A stretch of 64,000 nucleotides of DNA, taken from NCBI GenBank assembly GCA_963824995.1, contig CAWGRK010000002.1, positions 62,001 through 126,000 of the forward strand. Reading direction: 5' to 3'. Below, piece after piece: positions 44,084 to 54,616 of the stretch. The stretch comes from an uncultured Actinomycetes bacterium (GTDB lineage Bacteria > Actinomycetota > Acidimicrobiia > Spongiisociales > DATADW01). The position numbers were made by a program, and so were the translations under genes. The notes under the pieces were generated by a model. The model was not told where the DNA came from. It saw only the letters and a program-made list of their open reading frames with translations, and did not search any database. Position 1 is the first letter of the stretch, and every line of letters starts with the position of its first letter.

Positions 44084-44850
44084 GCCGTGGCGGTCACCCC
44101 ATTGCGGAACGACTCGTAGCCCTCGATCCTCGAGGTGCTTGGCCAGATCCGGCCCGCCGCTCTCCACTACGCCCCGTCGTACGAAGATGTGGACGTGGTC
44201 GGGAGTGATGTGCTCGAGCAGTCGCTGGTAGTGCGTGATGATGAGGAAGGCCCGGTCGGGGCCGGTGAGCCCTTTCACCCCTTCGGCAACGGTGCGCAGG
44301 GCATCGATGTCGAGTCCTGAGTCGGTCTCGTCCATCACCGCCAGTTCCGGTTGAAGCACTGCGAGTTGAAGTACCTCATTGCGCTTCCTCTCACCACCGG
44401 AGAAGCCTTCGTTGAGGTACCGGTCGGCAAAGGTGGCGTCCATGCCCGAGGCTGCGCATCGCATCCATGACACGCAGCCGGAGTTCGAGCACCGTGTAGT
44501 CCACCCCGTCGCGGTTCTTCAGTGCGGTGCGGAGGAACTGGACGACCGAGACCCCTGGGACCTCCTCGGGGTACTGGAAGGCGAGGAAGAGGCCGCGGGT
44601 CGCCCTGTTGTTGGAGCGGCATGGCGGTGATGTCCTCGCCCTTGAAGGTGATCGAGCCGTCGGTCACGTTGAATCCGGGGTGGCCCATCAGCACGTTGGC
44701 CAGCGTGGACTTGCCCGAGCCGTTCGGTCCCATCAGCGCATGGACCTCGCCACGTTCGACGGTGAGGTCAACTCCCTTGAGGATCTCGTGGTCGCCGACT
44801 CTGGCGCGCAGGCCTTCGATGCGGAGAAGGGGGGCATCCATTTCCACCAT
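44080..44850 (-). CDS. sufC: Fe-S assembly ATPase SufC, paralog 2 (frameshifts)
   Basis: MGPNGSGKSTLA, LNEGFSGGERKRNE, DETDSGLDIDAL, ITHYQRLL. Confidence 0.92.
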
Positions 44851-44865
44851 CAGGGTAGTGCAAAT
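44840..44865. promoter_or_regulatory. Candidate Suf operator palindrome, copy 3
   Basis: Minus strand ATTtg-CACTAC-cctg-ATGGTG-gaAAT. Confidence 0.6.
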
Positions 44866-44871
44866 CCGGAT

Positions 44872-45920
44872 TCAACTGCCGGCGGTGGTGGAGGCAGGTG
44901 ACTCACCAGGCTCCACCAGGGTCACCTCGTATTCGCTGGTGACCGACGCATCGGCGTCGAAGCCCGACCATTTCGGTTCCGCCCTCGTCGGGGAGCCGGA
45001 CGACGATCGTGGCCGCCACGGTGCCGTCGCTCTCCGAGTGCGGTGATCAGTCCCCGTTCGGGGTCGAACCGGTTCGTGGTGCCGAGGTCGGCTGGTCACC
45101 GCTCACGGTGAACTCCAGTTGCTCGAGCATCTCCTCGGCCTCGGCGTCACTGCCCGCTGCCGCCCCGAACAGCTCGGCGAGCATGTCGGTGAGCGAGACT
45201 GTCGAACGCCGAAACGGTGGTGGTCGAGTCGATCACCACCAACGTCTCCTCCATCCCCGTGATCTGATTGGCGGTGGTGTACGCCACCTCCTCACCGAGG
45301 AGGTCGAGCGTCTGCTCGTTGCTCCACTCGTCGCCCACGGCCAACTCGGTGTCGGGGAAGGTCGGGTCCAAGCGGCCCTCGAAGGGGATCACCGGGGATG
45401 AGTCCCTCGAGCGAGGCGAGCGGATTGGCCAGTCCCTTCCAACCCGCCCACATCCGGCGCAGCCTCGACCACGTTGCCCTGAAGGTCCATGACCACGGTG
45501 ACGGGCGGAAGCTCGCCCTCCGACATCTGCAGTTCCGGGGGTATGTCCTCGCCGAGGTCCTCGCCGTCGAGGGTCCCGCTGACATCCACGGTCTCCATCG
45601 AGCTGGTGATGGTGAGTTCGATGGTCCCCTCCTCCTCGCCCGCCGCCACCTCGTACACCACGGTTCCCTCTCGGGTGGTGGTGACGTCAGCGTTCTCCGG
45701 GATGGGGGAATCCTCGGCCGGGAGGTCGCCGGCGACGGTCCCATCAGAGTGACACCGACTGGGTGGAGATCACGTCGTATGTGTACGTCGAGCCCGGGTT
45801 CGTAGCCGTAGCTGAGCTCACCGAGCGAGGCGGGGATGGTGGTCGCCGATTCGCCGCCGGCAGAGCCGCCGCAAGCGGCCACGACCACGAGACAACGACC
45901 ATGAGGAAGAGCTTGCGCAT
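44872..45920 (-). CDS. Acidic hypothetical lipoprotein (several frameshifts)
   Basis: MRKLFLMVVV...VAACGG lipobox; GGAGG RBS. Confidence 0.65.
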
Positions 45921-45981
45921 GCGAAGACCTCGGAGGAGGAGGGAGGCCCGAGTGTAGGACCGATCGGTAGGTTCGCCAGCC

Positions 45982-46460
45982 GTGGCCGAACCATTACCTG
46001 CCGCCAGCCGCCGCGTCCTCGACCGGGCCCGAGAGCTCGGATCGAGATCGAGAATCGAGCGGTTTCCGCAGGGCACCCGTACGGCTGCCGACGCCGCTGC
46101 CGCCGTCGGCTGCGAGGTGAGCGCCATCGTGAAGTCGCTGGTGTTCATGGTGGACGACCGACCGGTGGTGGCCCTGGTCCCCGGCGACCGGCGGCTCGAC
46201 CCGACCGCCCTGGCCAAGGTGGTGTCGGGGAGCGACGTCCGCAGGGCATCACTCGACGAGGCGCGAGCCGCCACGGGCTACGCCGCTGGGGGGACGCCTC
46301 CTTTCGGTTACCCGGGGCCGGTCCAGGTGCGTCGCCGACCTCGGGCTACAGCGGCACGACGATGGTGTGGGCGGCGGGTGGGACGCCCGACACGGTCTTC
46401 CCGATCGACCCCACGGTACTGGTCGAGGCGGCCGGTGCCATCTGGGCACCGGTGACTTGA
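45982..46460 (+). CDS. YbaK/EbsC aminoacyl-tRNA editing family protein
   Basis: TRTAADAAAAVGC, IVKSLVF, TGYAAGGTPPFG. Confidence 0.9.
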
Positions 46461-46464
46461 GGTC

Positions 46465-47384
46465 TCAGCTCTCGAGCACGGCGACGACAGCCTCTAGCGG
46501 CGCCAGGTCGGTTAGGTCGAGGTGCTGCAGGTAGAGCTTTTCGACTCCGACCCTCTCGAGAGATGAGATCGTCTCCCGCACCTCGTCGGGAGTTCCGATC
46601 GGTAGCCCCGCCGCCTTCCATCTCTCCTCGATCCGCTCAGGTGGCCTCCCCACCGCCTTTGCCGTCGCCTCGAGCACCACCCGGTAGGCACCGGGTCGGC
46701 ACCGGTGACGACCGGCCCCATGACCGAGACGGTGATCGACCGCGGGATCCCGCCCCGCTTCCTCAGCAGCGGCACGCATCGTGGCGATCTTCGGTCCGAT
46801 CTCGTCTGCCGGTGCCAGCCCGTGGTTGAACTCGTCGGCGTATCGACCGGCGAGCGACGGGGTCCGGCGAGGACCGCCACCGCCGACCATGAGCCTGACG
46901 CCACCTGGCCGGGGCTCGGCATCACCGGAGAAGCTGTAGTGCTCGCCTTGGAACGACCCGCCATCGAAGGCGGCCCTCACATAGCCGAGCGCCTCTTCCA
47001 GCACGGTCGAACCGTTCGCCGGTCGATGGGAAGTCGAGCCCGAACGCGGAGTGCTCATGCTCCTGCCATCCGGTCCCGATCCCGAGGTCGAGCACGGCCG
47101 CCGGACATCTCATCGATCGTCGCCGCGCTCTTGGCGATCACCGCAGGGTGCCGGAACGTGATCGGGCTCACCAGGATCCCGAGCCTGATCCGGTCCGTCT
47201 CCCGGGCCAGCCCTCCGAGCGACACGAAGGCGTCGGTGGTCGGTGCCGACCGCCCGTCGGCGTTGCCGTAGTGGTCCGAGCGGGCGAACGAGCGCATTCC
47301 AGCCGCTTCCGCCCATCGCACCGCGGCCAGCAACTGCTCGTAGCTACCGCCGATCTGCGGCTCGGTCATCAGCGCGAGCTCCAT
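46465..47384 (-). CDS. LLM-class (luciferase-like, possibly F420-dependent) oxidoreductase (frameshifts)
   Basis: MTEPQIG, FARSDHY, LVSPITFRHP, DEMSGGR. Confidence 0.88.
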
Positions 47385-47405
47385 GGGGGCCTCCTCGTTT
47401 TACGT

Positions 47406-47453
47406 GGGGAGGGTATTCCCTGGACGGCAAAGACGGAAGGCGGAAGACGGAAG
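47406..47453 (-). repeat. CTTCCGH array plus flank homologous to 21553-21607
   Basis: First 24 nt identical to 21553-21576, then shared ccagggaa...tcccc. Confidence 0.75.
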
Positions 47454-47496
47454 GAAAGGCGAATCGGTCAAGGCGCTCCGATTGGTTCGACCCCAA

Positions 47497-48109
47497 TCAC
47501 CAGCCGCGGTGGCGCCATTCTTCGATGTGGGGGCGCTCGGTGCCGATGCTGGTGCCTTCTCCATGGCCGGGAAAGACCAGGGTCTCGTCGGGGAGGACGA
47601 ACAGCCGCCGATCGAGGCTGTCCATGATCTGGGGGAAGCTCGAGTAGTCCCACCGGGTCGCACCTGGACCTCCCGGGAACAGTGTGTCGCCCGAGAAGAG
47701 TTGCGGGGGCATCACAAAGCAGCATGACCCGGGCGTGTGGCCCGGGGTGTGCTCGACCCGCAACCGGAGGCGACCCACGCGTCATCTCCTCGCCGTCGGT
47801 CAGGGGGACATCGGGCGCCATCTCGGCGATCTCGGTGTCGGCGGGGTGCATCCGGAAAGGGATGCCGAGCGCTTCTCTCACTTCGTCCACCGCACCGACA
47901 TGGTCAAGGTGACCGTGCGTGGTGAGGATGGCGCCCACCGTCCAGCCGGCGGCAGCCTCGAGGATCGCCGGCGCCTCGGCTGCGGCGTCGATGATCACCA
48001 TGTCACCTGTCTCTGGGTCGCCCACCAGGTAGACCCTGTTGTCGTACGGGCCGAGGGCCAGCCGCACCACGTACCTGTCCGGTTCATCGAGTATCACGAC
48101 AGAAGACAT
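47497..48109 (-). CDS. MBL-fold metallo-hydrolase (frameshift)
   Basis: THGHLDH, HTPGHTPG, SGDTLF, PGHG. Confidence 0.9.
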
Positions 48110-48170
48110 GGTCGGGCACCGTAATGCCCGGGCACCGGGTGCGGTCGCCCGGCATTACCTTGGAACACTC

Positions 48171-48728
48171 ATGGCCAGGTACCGCGTCGGTCTCGAGACC
48201 CGGGATCGGATACTCGCCGCCACTCGTGACCTGCTGGCCGAGGGCGGGCTCGAGGGGGCGACGCTGAAGGCGATCTGTCAGCGGGCGGGTATCCAGCCCG
48301 GGAGCTTCTACAACCTCTTCGGCTCCAAGGACGAGGTGGTCCTCACCGTGGTCCGCCAGGCGATAACCGCGGTAGACCCCGACCCGAGTGGCACCGGGAC
48401 CGATTCCGTGTCAGACCTCGTCGCCGCCTACGTCCGCTTCATCACCGAGGAGGAGCCGCTGGCAAGGGTGTACCTGCGGATGGCAGTCGGCGGTGCGCTC
48501 ACCGACGGTGCGATGGCCGGACGGGTCCTGCGACACCACCAGGCGCGAGTGGCGCGTTTCGCCGATGCGATGGACCGTGCCTCGCTTGGTGAGGGCAACA
48601 CGCTGCGAGCCGAAGCGGTGGTAGCCGCACTCAATGGATACGCCCTCCAGTCACTGCTCGACCCAGGCTTCGATTTCGCGGTACATGCCGAGCGCCTGGT
48701 TACGGAGGACGCAGGGTCGTCTCGCTGA
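48171..48728 (+). CDS. TetR-family transcriptional regulator
   Basis: RILAATRDLL...ATLKAICQRAGIQPGSFYNLFGSK HTH. Confidence 0.9.
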   Translation: MARYRVGLETRDRILAATRDLLAEGGLEGATLKAICQRAGIQPGSFYNLFGSKDEVVLTVVRQAITAVDPDPSGTGTDSVSDLVAAYVRFITEEEPLARVYLRMAVGGALTDGAMAGRVLRHHQARVARFADAMDRASLGEGNTLRAEAVVAALNGYALQSLLDPGFDFAVHAERLVTEDAGSSR

Positions 48729-48798
48729 TCGGTAACCCTTGAGTGAGTGCTCAAACTTTGACGCTATGCTCAACCTTTCAGCCAGGGAGACGGAGCGG

Positions 48799-50602
48799 AT
48801 GGGGCACTATCGATCGAACCTGCGGGATATCGAGTTCAACCTGTTCGAGGTCCTCCGGATCCAGGACCAACTCGGCCGGCCCCCCGTTCACCGAACTCGA
48901 CGAGGGGACGGTGCGTGCCGCTCTTGCCGAGATAGAGCGCCTCGCACGGAACGAGTGGGCCGCCAGCTTCGTAAGTGGCCGACCGGAACGAGTTGGTGCT
49001 CGACGACGGGGAGGTCGTCCTCCCCGACGAGATGAAGGCCAGCCTGGCGGCATTGCGTGATGGGGGTTGGGACCGCTTCGGGCTCCCCGAGGAACTTGGC
49101 GGCCACCGGGTCCCCCGGGCCGTGTTCTGGGCCACCCAGGAGCTCTTGCTCGGCGCCAACCCCACCGCCGTCTTCTATGCCTCGGGACCGCTTTTCGCCC
49201 GGCTGCTCAACGACGAGGGAACTCCGGAGCAGCGTCGGATCGCCGCACTGATGATGGAGCGGGGCTGGGCGGGGAGCATGTTGCTCACCGAGCCCGACGC
49301 CGGCTCCGACGTCGGCGCCGGGACAACCCGCGCCATTCACGTCGGGGGTGACCTGTGGCACCTGGAGGGGGTGAAGCGCTTCATCACCGGGGGCGAACAC
49401 GACGGGGCTGAGAACATCATCCACTTGGTGCTCGCTCGCCCGGTCGGCGCCGGCCCCGGCACCAAGGGTCTGTCGCTGTTCATGGTCCCGAAGTGGCTTG
49501 TCGAGCCGGACGAGTCGCTGGGGGAGCGCAACGGGATCGTTGCCACCCGACTCGAGCACAAGATGGGTCTAAGGGGGTCAACCACCTGTGAGCTCACCCT
49601 CGGCGCCGATCGTACGTGTGCAGGCTTCCTCGTGGGAGGGGTCCACGACGGGATAAGACAGATGTTCCGGGTGGTCGAGCACGCCCGGATGACCATCGGG
49701 ACCAAGTCGGCGGCCACCATGTCGACGGGGTATCTCAACGCCCTCGCTTATGCCGGCGAGCGGATCCAGGGCGCCGATCTCACAGAAGCGACCGACAAGT
49801 CGGCGGCGCGGGTCCCCATCATCCGGCACCCCGACGTGCGGCGCATGCTCATGGAGCAGAAAGCGACAGCCGAAGGGCTTCGTGCGCTGGTGCTCTACGC
49901 CGCTGCGGTGCAAGGGGAGGTGGAGACCGCGCCCGACGACTTGTCGCTCGCGGCCCGGCGTGACCTGTTGCTCCCGCTGGTCAAGGGCTATGCCTCCGAG
50001 AAGGCCTACGACGTTCTGTCCGGTTCGCTACAGGTTCTCGGGGGCTCGGGCTACACCCAGGACTACCCGCTCGAGCAGTACATCCGCGACTCGAAGATCG
50101 ACACGGTTTACGAGGGCACGACGGGGATCCAGGCCCTGGATCTCTTCTTCCGCAAGATCGCCCGTGACCAGGGGAAGGCGATCCAGGAACTGCTCGGAGA
50201 GATCAGAGCCTTCGCAAAGGGTGGGCCTGAGGACGACCTGAGCGCAGAACGGGACCTTCTGGGAGGCATCCTCGACGATCTCGAAGCACAGCTTGGAGTG
50301 ATGGTGGACCACCTCATGGCCTCGCTGGGTGGCGACCCCACCCGCATCTACTCGGTGGGGCTTCACACCAACGCCCTGCTCGCCTCGATGTCCGAGGCCG
50401 TGATCTCCTGGCAGCTGCTCCGGCATGCCGAAGTCGCCATGGCGGCGCTGCCCACGGCCACCGACGAGCGCCGTTCTACGAGGGCAAGCTCGCCGCGGCA
50501 AGGTGGTTCGTGCGCCACAGCGCCCCCCAGGTCACGGCCCGCCGCGTCGACGCTGAGTCCGAGGACGGATCGCTCATGCTGTTGGAGGACGGGGCCTTCT
50601 GA
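48799..50602 (+). CDS. Large acyl-CoA dehydrogenase, FadE5-like (frameshifts)
   Basis: MGHYRSNLRDIEFNLFEV, LTEPDAGSDVG, EHKMG, YEGTTGIQALD. Confidence 0.9.
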
Positions 50603-50626
50603 GTACTTAGTACTTAGTACTTAGTA
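50602..50626 (+). repeat. (AGTACTT)3.5 array starting at the ACAD stop
   Basis: agtactt agtactt agtactt agta. Confidence 0.9.
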
Positions 50627-50648
50627 GGAAACCCATACCTATCACCCA

Positions 50649-51044
50649 CTACCCCCGTTCCTGAAGCACCCACGTGTTGCCGTCGGGATCGGTGAGGAAG
50701 ACGAAGGAGTTCCAGCGGCCGCCGGGTCCGTCCACCCAGCCGGCGGCGTCGAAATGGCGGATTGGGCTGACCTCGACTCCCCGGCCGACCAATTCGGCTC
50801 TGGCGGCGGCGATGTCGTCAACCACGAGCTGCAGCCCGCGGAGCGAACCTGGTGGCATGTCGGCCGTGGTCAGATGGATCGAGCACCCCGATCCCGGTGG
50901 GGTCAGCTGTACCAACCGCACCTCGTCGGACACCTGGTCGTCGAGATCCACGGTGAACCCGAACTGGTCGCGATAGAAGTCGAGCGCCCTGTCGATGTCG
51001 GCGACGGGGACGGGAACGACCTCGAGCTTCCAGTCCATTGGCAC
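50649..51044 (-). CDS. VOC/glyoxalase family protein
   Basis: VPVADIDRALDFY, QLTPPGSGCSI, DPDGNTWVLQE. Confidence 0.9.
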   Translation of the reverse strand: MPMDWKLEVVPVPVADIDRALDFYRDQFGFTVDLDDQVSDEVRLVQLTPPGSGCSIHLTTADMPPGSLRGLQLVVDDIAAARAELVGRGVEVSPIRHFDAAGWVDGPGGRWNSFVFLTDPDGNTWVLQERG

Positions 51045-51132
51045 CTCCTCATTTGACGGACCGAGGACATTGTGCCCCTCGGTGCGCGGGCACCGGGTCG
51101 CCTAGCATCCCGGCGCCCATGATGATCCAGCC

Positions 51133-52259
51133 GTGAACTTCGCTTTCAGCGACGAGCAGGAGGAGTTGCGGGCCACGGCGCGCCGCTTCCTCGAGCAGAA
51201 GGCGCCCTCGGAGGTCGTACGCCGGCTCATGGACACCGAGGAGGGGTTCGACGGATCGTTGTGGGAGGAGAACGCCGCCATGGGGTGGCAGGCGATGGCC
51301 ATCCCCGAGCAATACGGCGGCGCCGGGTTCGGATTCATCGAGTTGGTGGTGCTGTCTCCAAGAGATGGGGAGGGCGCTCTACCCGTCCCCGTTCTTCTCG
51401 TCGGTGATCCTGGGTGCCTACACATTGCTCGAATCGGGTGACGAAGCACACAAGGAGAAGCTGCTCCCCGGGATCGCATCGGGGGAGCAACGGGTGGCAC
51501 TCGCCATCACCGAGCCGGCGGGCCGGTGGGACGATCAGGGTATCGAACTCGAGGCATTGCCCGATTCAGGGGAATGGGTGCTGAAGGGCACCAAGTCGTT
51601 CGTGATCGACGGGCACACCGCCGACACGCTCATCGTCGCCGCCCGTACCTCGTCTGGCCCGGGTGGCCTCAGCCTGTTCGTCGTGCCCGGCGAGGATGTG
51701 GCCCGGCGTCCTCTCGACACGATGGACACCACGCGCAAGCAGGCCGAGATCACATTCGACTCGCTGCGGATCGGTGGTGATTCCCTGCTCGGTGCTGGAG
51801 GGCGAGGGATGGCCGGTGCTCACCAGGGTCCTCGATCTCGCATCGGTGGCGCTGGCCGCCGAGGCGGTGGGAGGGGCGGAACGCTGTTTGGAGATGTCGG
51901 TGGAGTACGCCAAGACACGGGTCCAGTTCGGCCGTCCAATCGGGTCGTTCCAGGCGATCAAGCACAAGTGCGCCGACATGCTTCTCGAGGTGGAGTCCGC
52001 CAAGTCGGCATCCGCCTACGCCGGTTGGGCCGCCCAGGAGGATCCGGACGAACTGGCGCTGGTGGCTCCTCTCGCCAAGTCGTACTGCACCGAGGCCTTC
52101 TTCCACTGCGCCGCCGAGAACATCCAGATCCACGGTGGGATCGGGTTCACGTGGGAGCACGACGCCCACCTCTACTTCAAGCGGGCCAAGAGCTCCGAGC
52201 TCCTCTTCGGCGATCCCGTCCACCATCGCGAGATCCTCGCCGGCCGCCTCGGGCTCTGA
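51133..52259 (+). CDS. Acyl-CoA dehydrogenase family protein (frameshifts)
   Basis: MNFAFSDEQEEL, RVQFGRPIGSFQAIKH, QIHGGIGFTWEH. Confidence 0.9.
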
Positions 52260-52293
52260 TCGTGGCGTCGCCACGGCGCCGACCGTCTAGCGT

Positions 52294-52728
52294 TTGCTCG
52301 CTGTGATCCGGACGACCGAAGTGCTCGCATACGTCCTCAGTGGCGAGCATCTGCTCGTCATGGAGCAGCCGGATGGGCCGATACGCGGACTGCACGTCCC
52401 GTATGGCCCGATCGGAGAGGATGGGGACATTCGGGAAGCCGTGGTGCGCGAGGTGACGGAGCAGACAGGGCTCTTTGCCAGCATCAACGGCTATCTGGGT
52501 GTTGCCGAGTACGACATGAGCAACTACGGGCCAGCCGAGGTTCGAGAACGCCACATCTTCCAGATGGAGGCGACGCTGGACTCTCCCACCGAGCCATGGG
52601 ACCACCTCGCCGGCGATGCGGCGGGTGGTGTCCGCCGGTTCTCCTGGGTCCATCTCGATGACCCCGGTCTGGAGTTGGAAGCCGGCCACGGCGCGCTGCT
52701 GGGCCGGGTGCGCCGCCCCGCCGCCTGA
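52294..52728 (+). CDS. NUDIX-family hydrolase
   Basis: Nudix-like box ..E....EAVVREVTEQTG. Confidence 0.75.
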   Translation: MLAVIRTTEVLAYVLSGEHLLVMEQPDGPIRGLHVPYGPIGEDGDIREAVVREVTEQTGLFASINGYLGVAEYDMSNYGPAEVRERHIFQMEATLDSPTEPWDHLAGDAAGGVRRFSWVHLDDPGLELEAGHGALLGRVRRPAA

Positions 52729-52746
52729 GCCCTAGCGTGGCGGTTC

Positions 52747-53203
52747 ATGGCTGCTGAGGTGGTCGTCGCATGCCCTGCTGGCCGCCGTCCTCCTGGTGAT
52801 GGTGGCGGCTTTGGTATGGCAGGAGGCGAAGAGGCGGGCACGGAGCGAACCCAGGGTCTATGTGATCAGTGAGGCAGTCTCATTCGTTCGCCGGCGTCTC
52901 CCCGATGAAATCGCCGCCCGACTGGACGACGCAAAGGTGCAACGGATTCTCGAGTGGGAGGTGTACTACCTACAGGGTCTGGCGGGGCCACAGGACACCG
53001 TCGCCGGGGGGGCCGACGTAGCCATCGACTTCGTGGTGACGGGAATACGGGAGCGGAACCGGGTGGAACACCGCCGCGAGGATGTCGCCGCGGTCCTGCA
53101 TCTCGAAGCGGAGTACCTGCTCGCCATCGGGGCGGTGGGCTCTCCGGTGACCGATGCGCGTCACCCTTGCCGGACGGCCCCGATACCATCTCCGGAGATC
53201 TGA
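52747..53203 (+). CDS. Hypothetical protein with N-terminal TM helix
   Basis: ORF 52796-53203 plus frameshifted hydrophobic start; TAGCGT 8 nt before the ATG at 52747. Confidence 0.6.
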
Positions 53204-53219
53204 GTGGAGGTGAGCAGAG

Positions 53220-53498
53220 TTGAGGGTGCGATGCGGCGCCTGCCGCACCGAGTTCGACGTGACAGGTCCCGGCCGCTACCGGTGCGCCCGGTGCGGATCG
53301 GTCAACGAGGTCCGGGATGGCGGCGGGGCCCCTGGGCCACCAGAGGTCCCGGAGCGTCCCACGCCCCCACCGCCGGATCCACCATCACCTCGCGCTGGTT
53401 TGTCCCGACTGCTCCTTCAATTTCATAGTCGGTCAGATCGAGGTGGCGACCTGCCCCAACTGTGGCACCTCGGTGACGACTGGCGCCGGAACAGGTGA
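53220..53498 (+). CDS. Small double zinc-ribbon protein (frameshift near 53395; ends approximate)
   Basis: CGAC, CARC, Pro-rich linker, CPDC, CPNC. Confidence 0.65.
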   Translation: MRVRCGACRTEFDVTGPGRYRCARCGSVNEVRDGGGAPGPPEVPERPTPPPPDPPSPRAGLSRLLLQFHSRSDRGGDLPQLWHLGDDWRRNR

Positions 53499-53706
53499 GG
53501 ACGGATACAGCCGAGGAGAGACTCGGATGGCGCGTGATCGCCCGTCGCTGGGGGTTTGCCGCCTTCATGGCGGTCGCACCGAGCAGCGGTGCCGATTCGG
53601 CCGTCTCGACCCGGCGTTCACCGCCGGCGCTGATGCTCGTGGTCGGCGATCCCGTGGTGTCGCTCGCTGCATTTCGCATCTCGGGGCGCCACTGCCCGCT
53701 GACCGG

Positions 53707-54616
53707 ATGGACCTCGGGGTATCGCTGGTAGAACCCGAAGCTGGCCTCGAGCGAGCTGAACAGGCTCGCTGTCGAGGCCGAGAGGCTCGGCTTCACCTCT
53801 CTGTGGACCAACGAGTCGACCGCGCGGGATGCGTTCGTCACTCTGACGGGGTGGGGGCACGCCACGTCGAGGGCGCGGCTCGGCACCGGGGTTTGCCCGA
53901 TCTACAACCGCCCCCCACTGACTGCGGCCATGGCAGCGGCGACGCTCGCCGACTCGGTCGGGGCAGGGCGGGTGGTGCTCGGAATCGGTGCCGGGCACTC
54001 GGCTCTCGGACGGCAGTTCGGAAACGATCGGGTAATGGGTGTCGCCGGAGTCGAGGAGTACCTCACCGTGGTCAGGGAGTCTGCTCTGACGGGGAAGACG
54101 GTGGAACATCACGGAGAGCACATCCACCTCGAAGACGCCCGGCTGGGCCTTTCAATCAGCGGTGCCATCCCCGTGGTGCTGGCGGCCCTCGGTCCTCGGA
54201 TGGCCGGCTTGGCAGCCCGTTCCGCCGACGGTGTGCTCCTCAATTGGTCGGGTCCCGAATGGCTCACCACTACGGCCCGGGAGCTGAGGGCATCGGCGGG
54301 CGAGCGGTCCTTTCGCATCGCCGCCTACGTACGTGTCGCCTGCCATCCCGACGGCGCCAAGGCGAGATCTGCTCTGGCCGGCGAACTGGCTTCCTATCTG
54401 CGGCTACCTGACTACCGGGCGCATATGGAGAGGCAGGGGTTCGACCCCTCGGCGGTGGACCCAGACGCCGTCGGGATCGCCGGCGACCCGGAAACGGTGG
54501 GGCAACGGCTCGAGGAGTATCGTCACCTCCCCATCGACGAGTTGGTGGTGCGTCCGGTCCCGGTGGGCGAAGCCGGCGTTGCGGCGGCTGTGGCGGCGAC
54601 GGCACCACTTGGTTGA
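53707..54616 (+). CDS. LLM-class oxidoreductase (frameshift near 53735)
   Basis: AERLGFTSLWTNE, RLGTGV, GRVVLGIGAG, AALGPRM, ADGVLLN. Confidence 0.85.
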
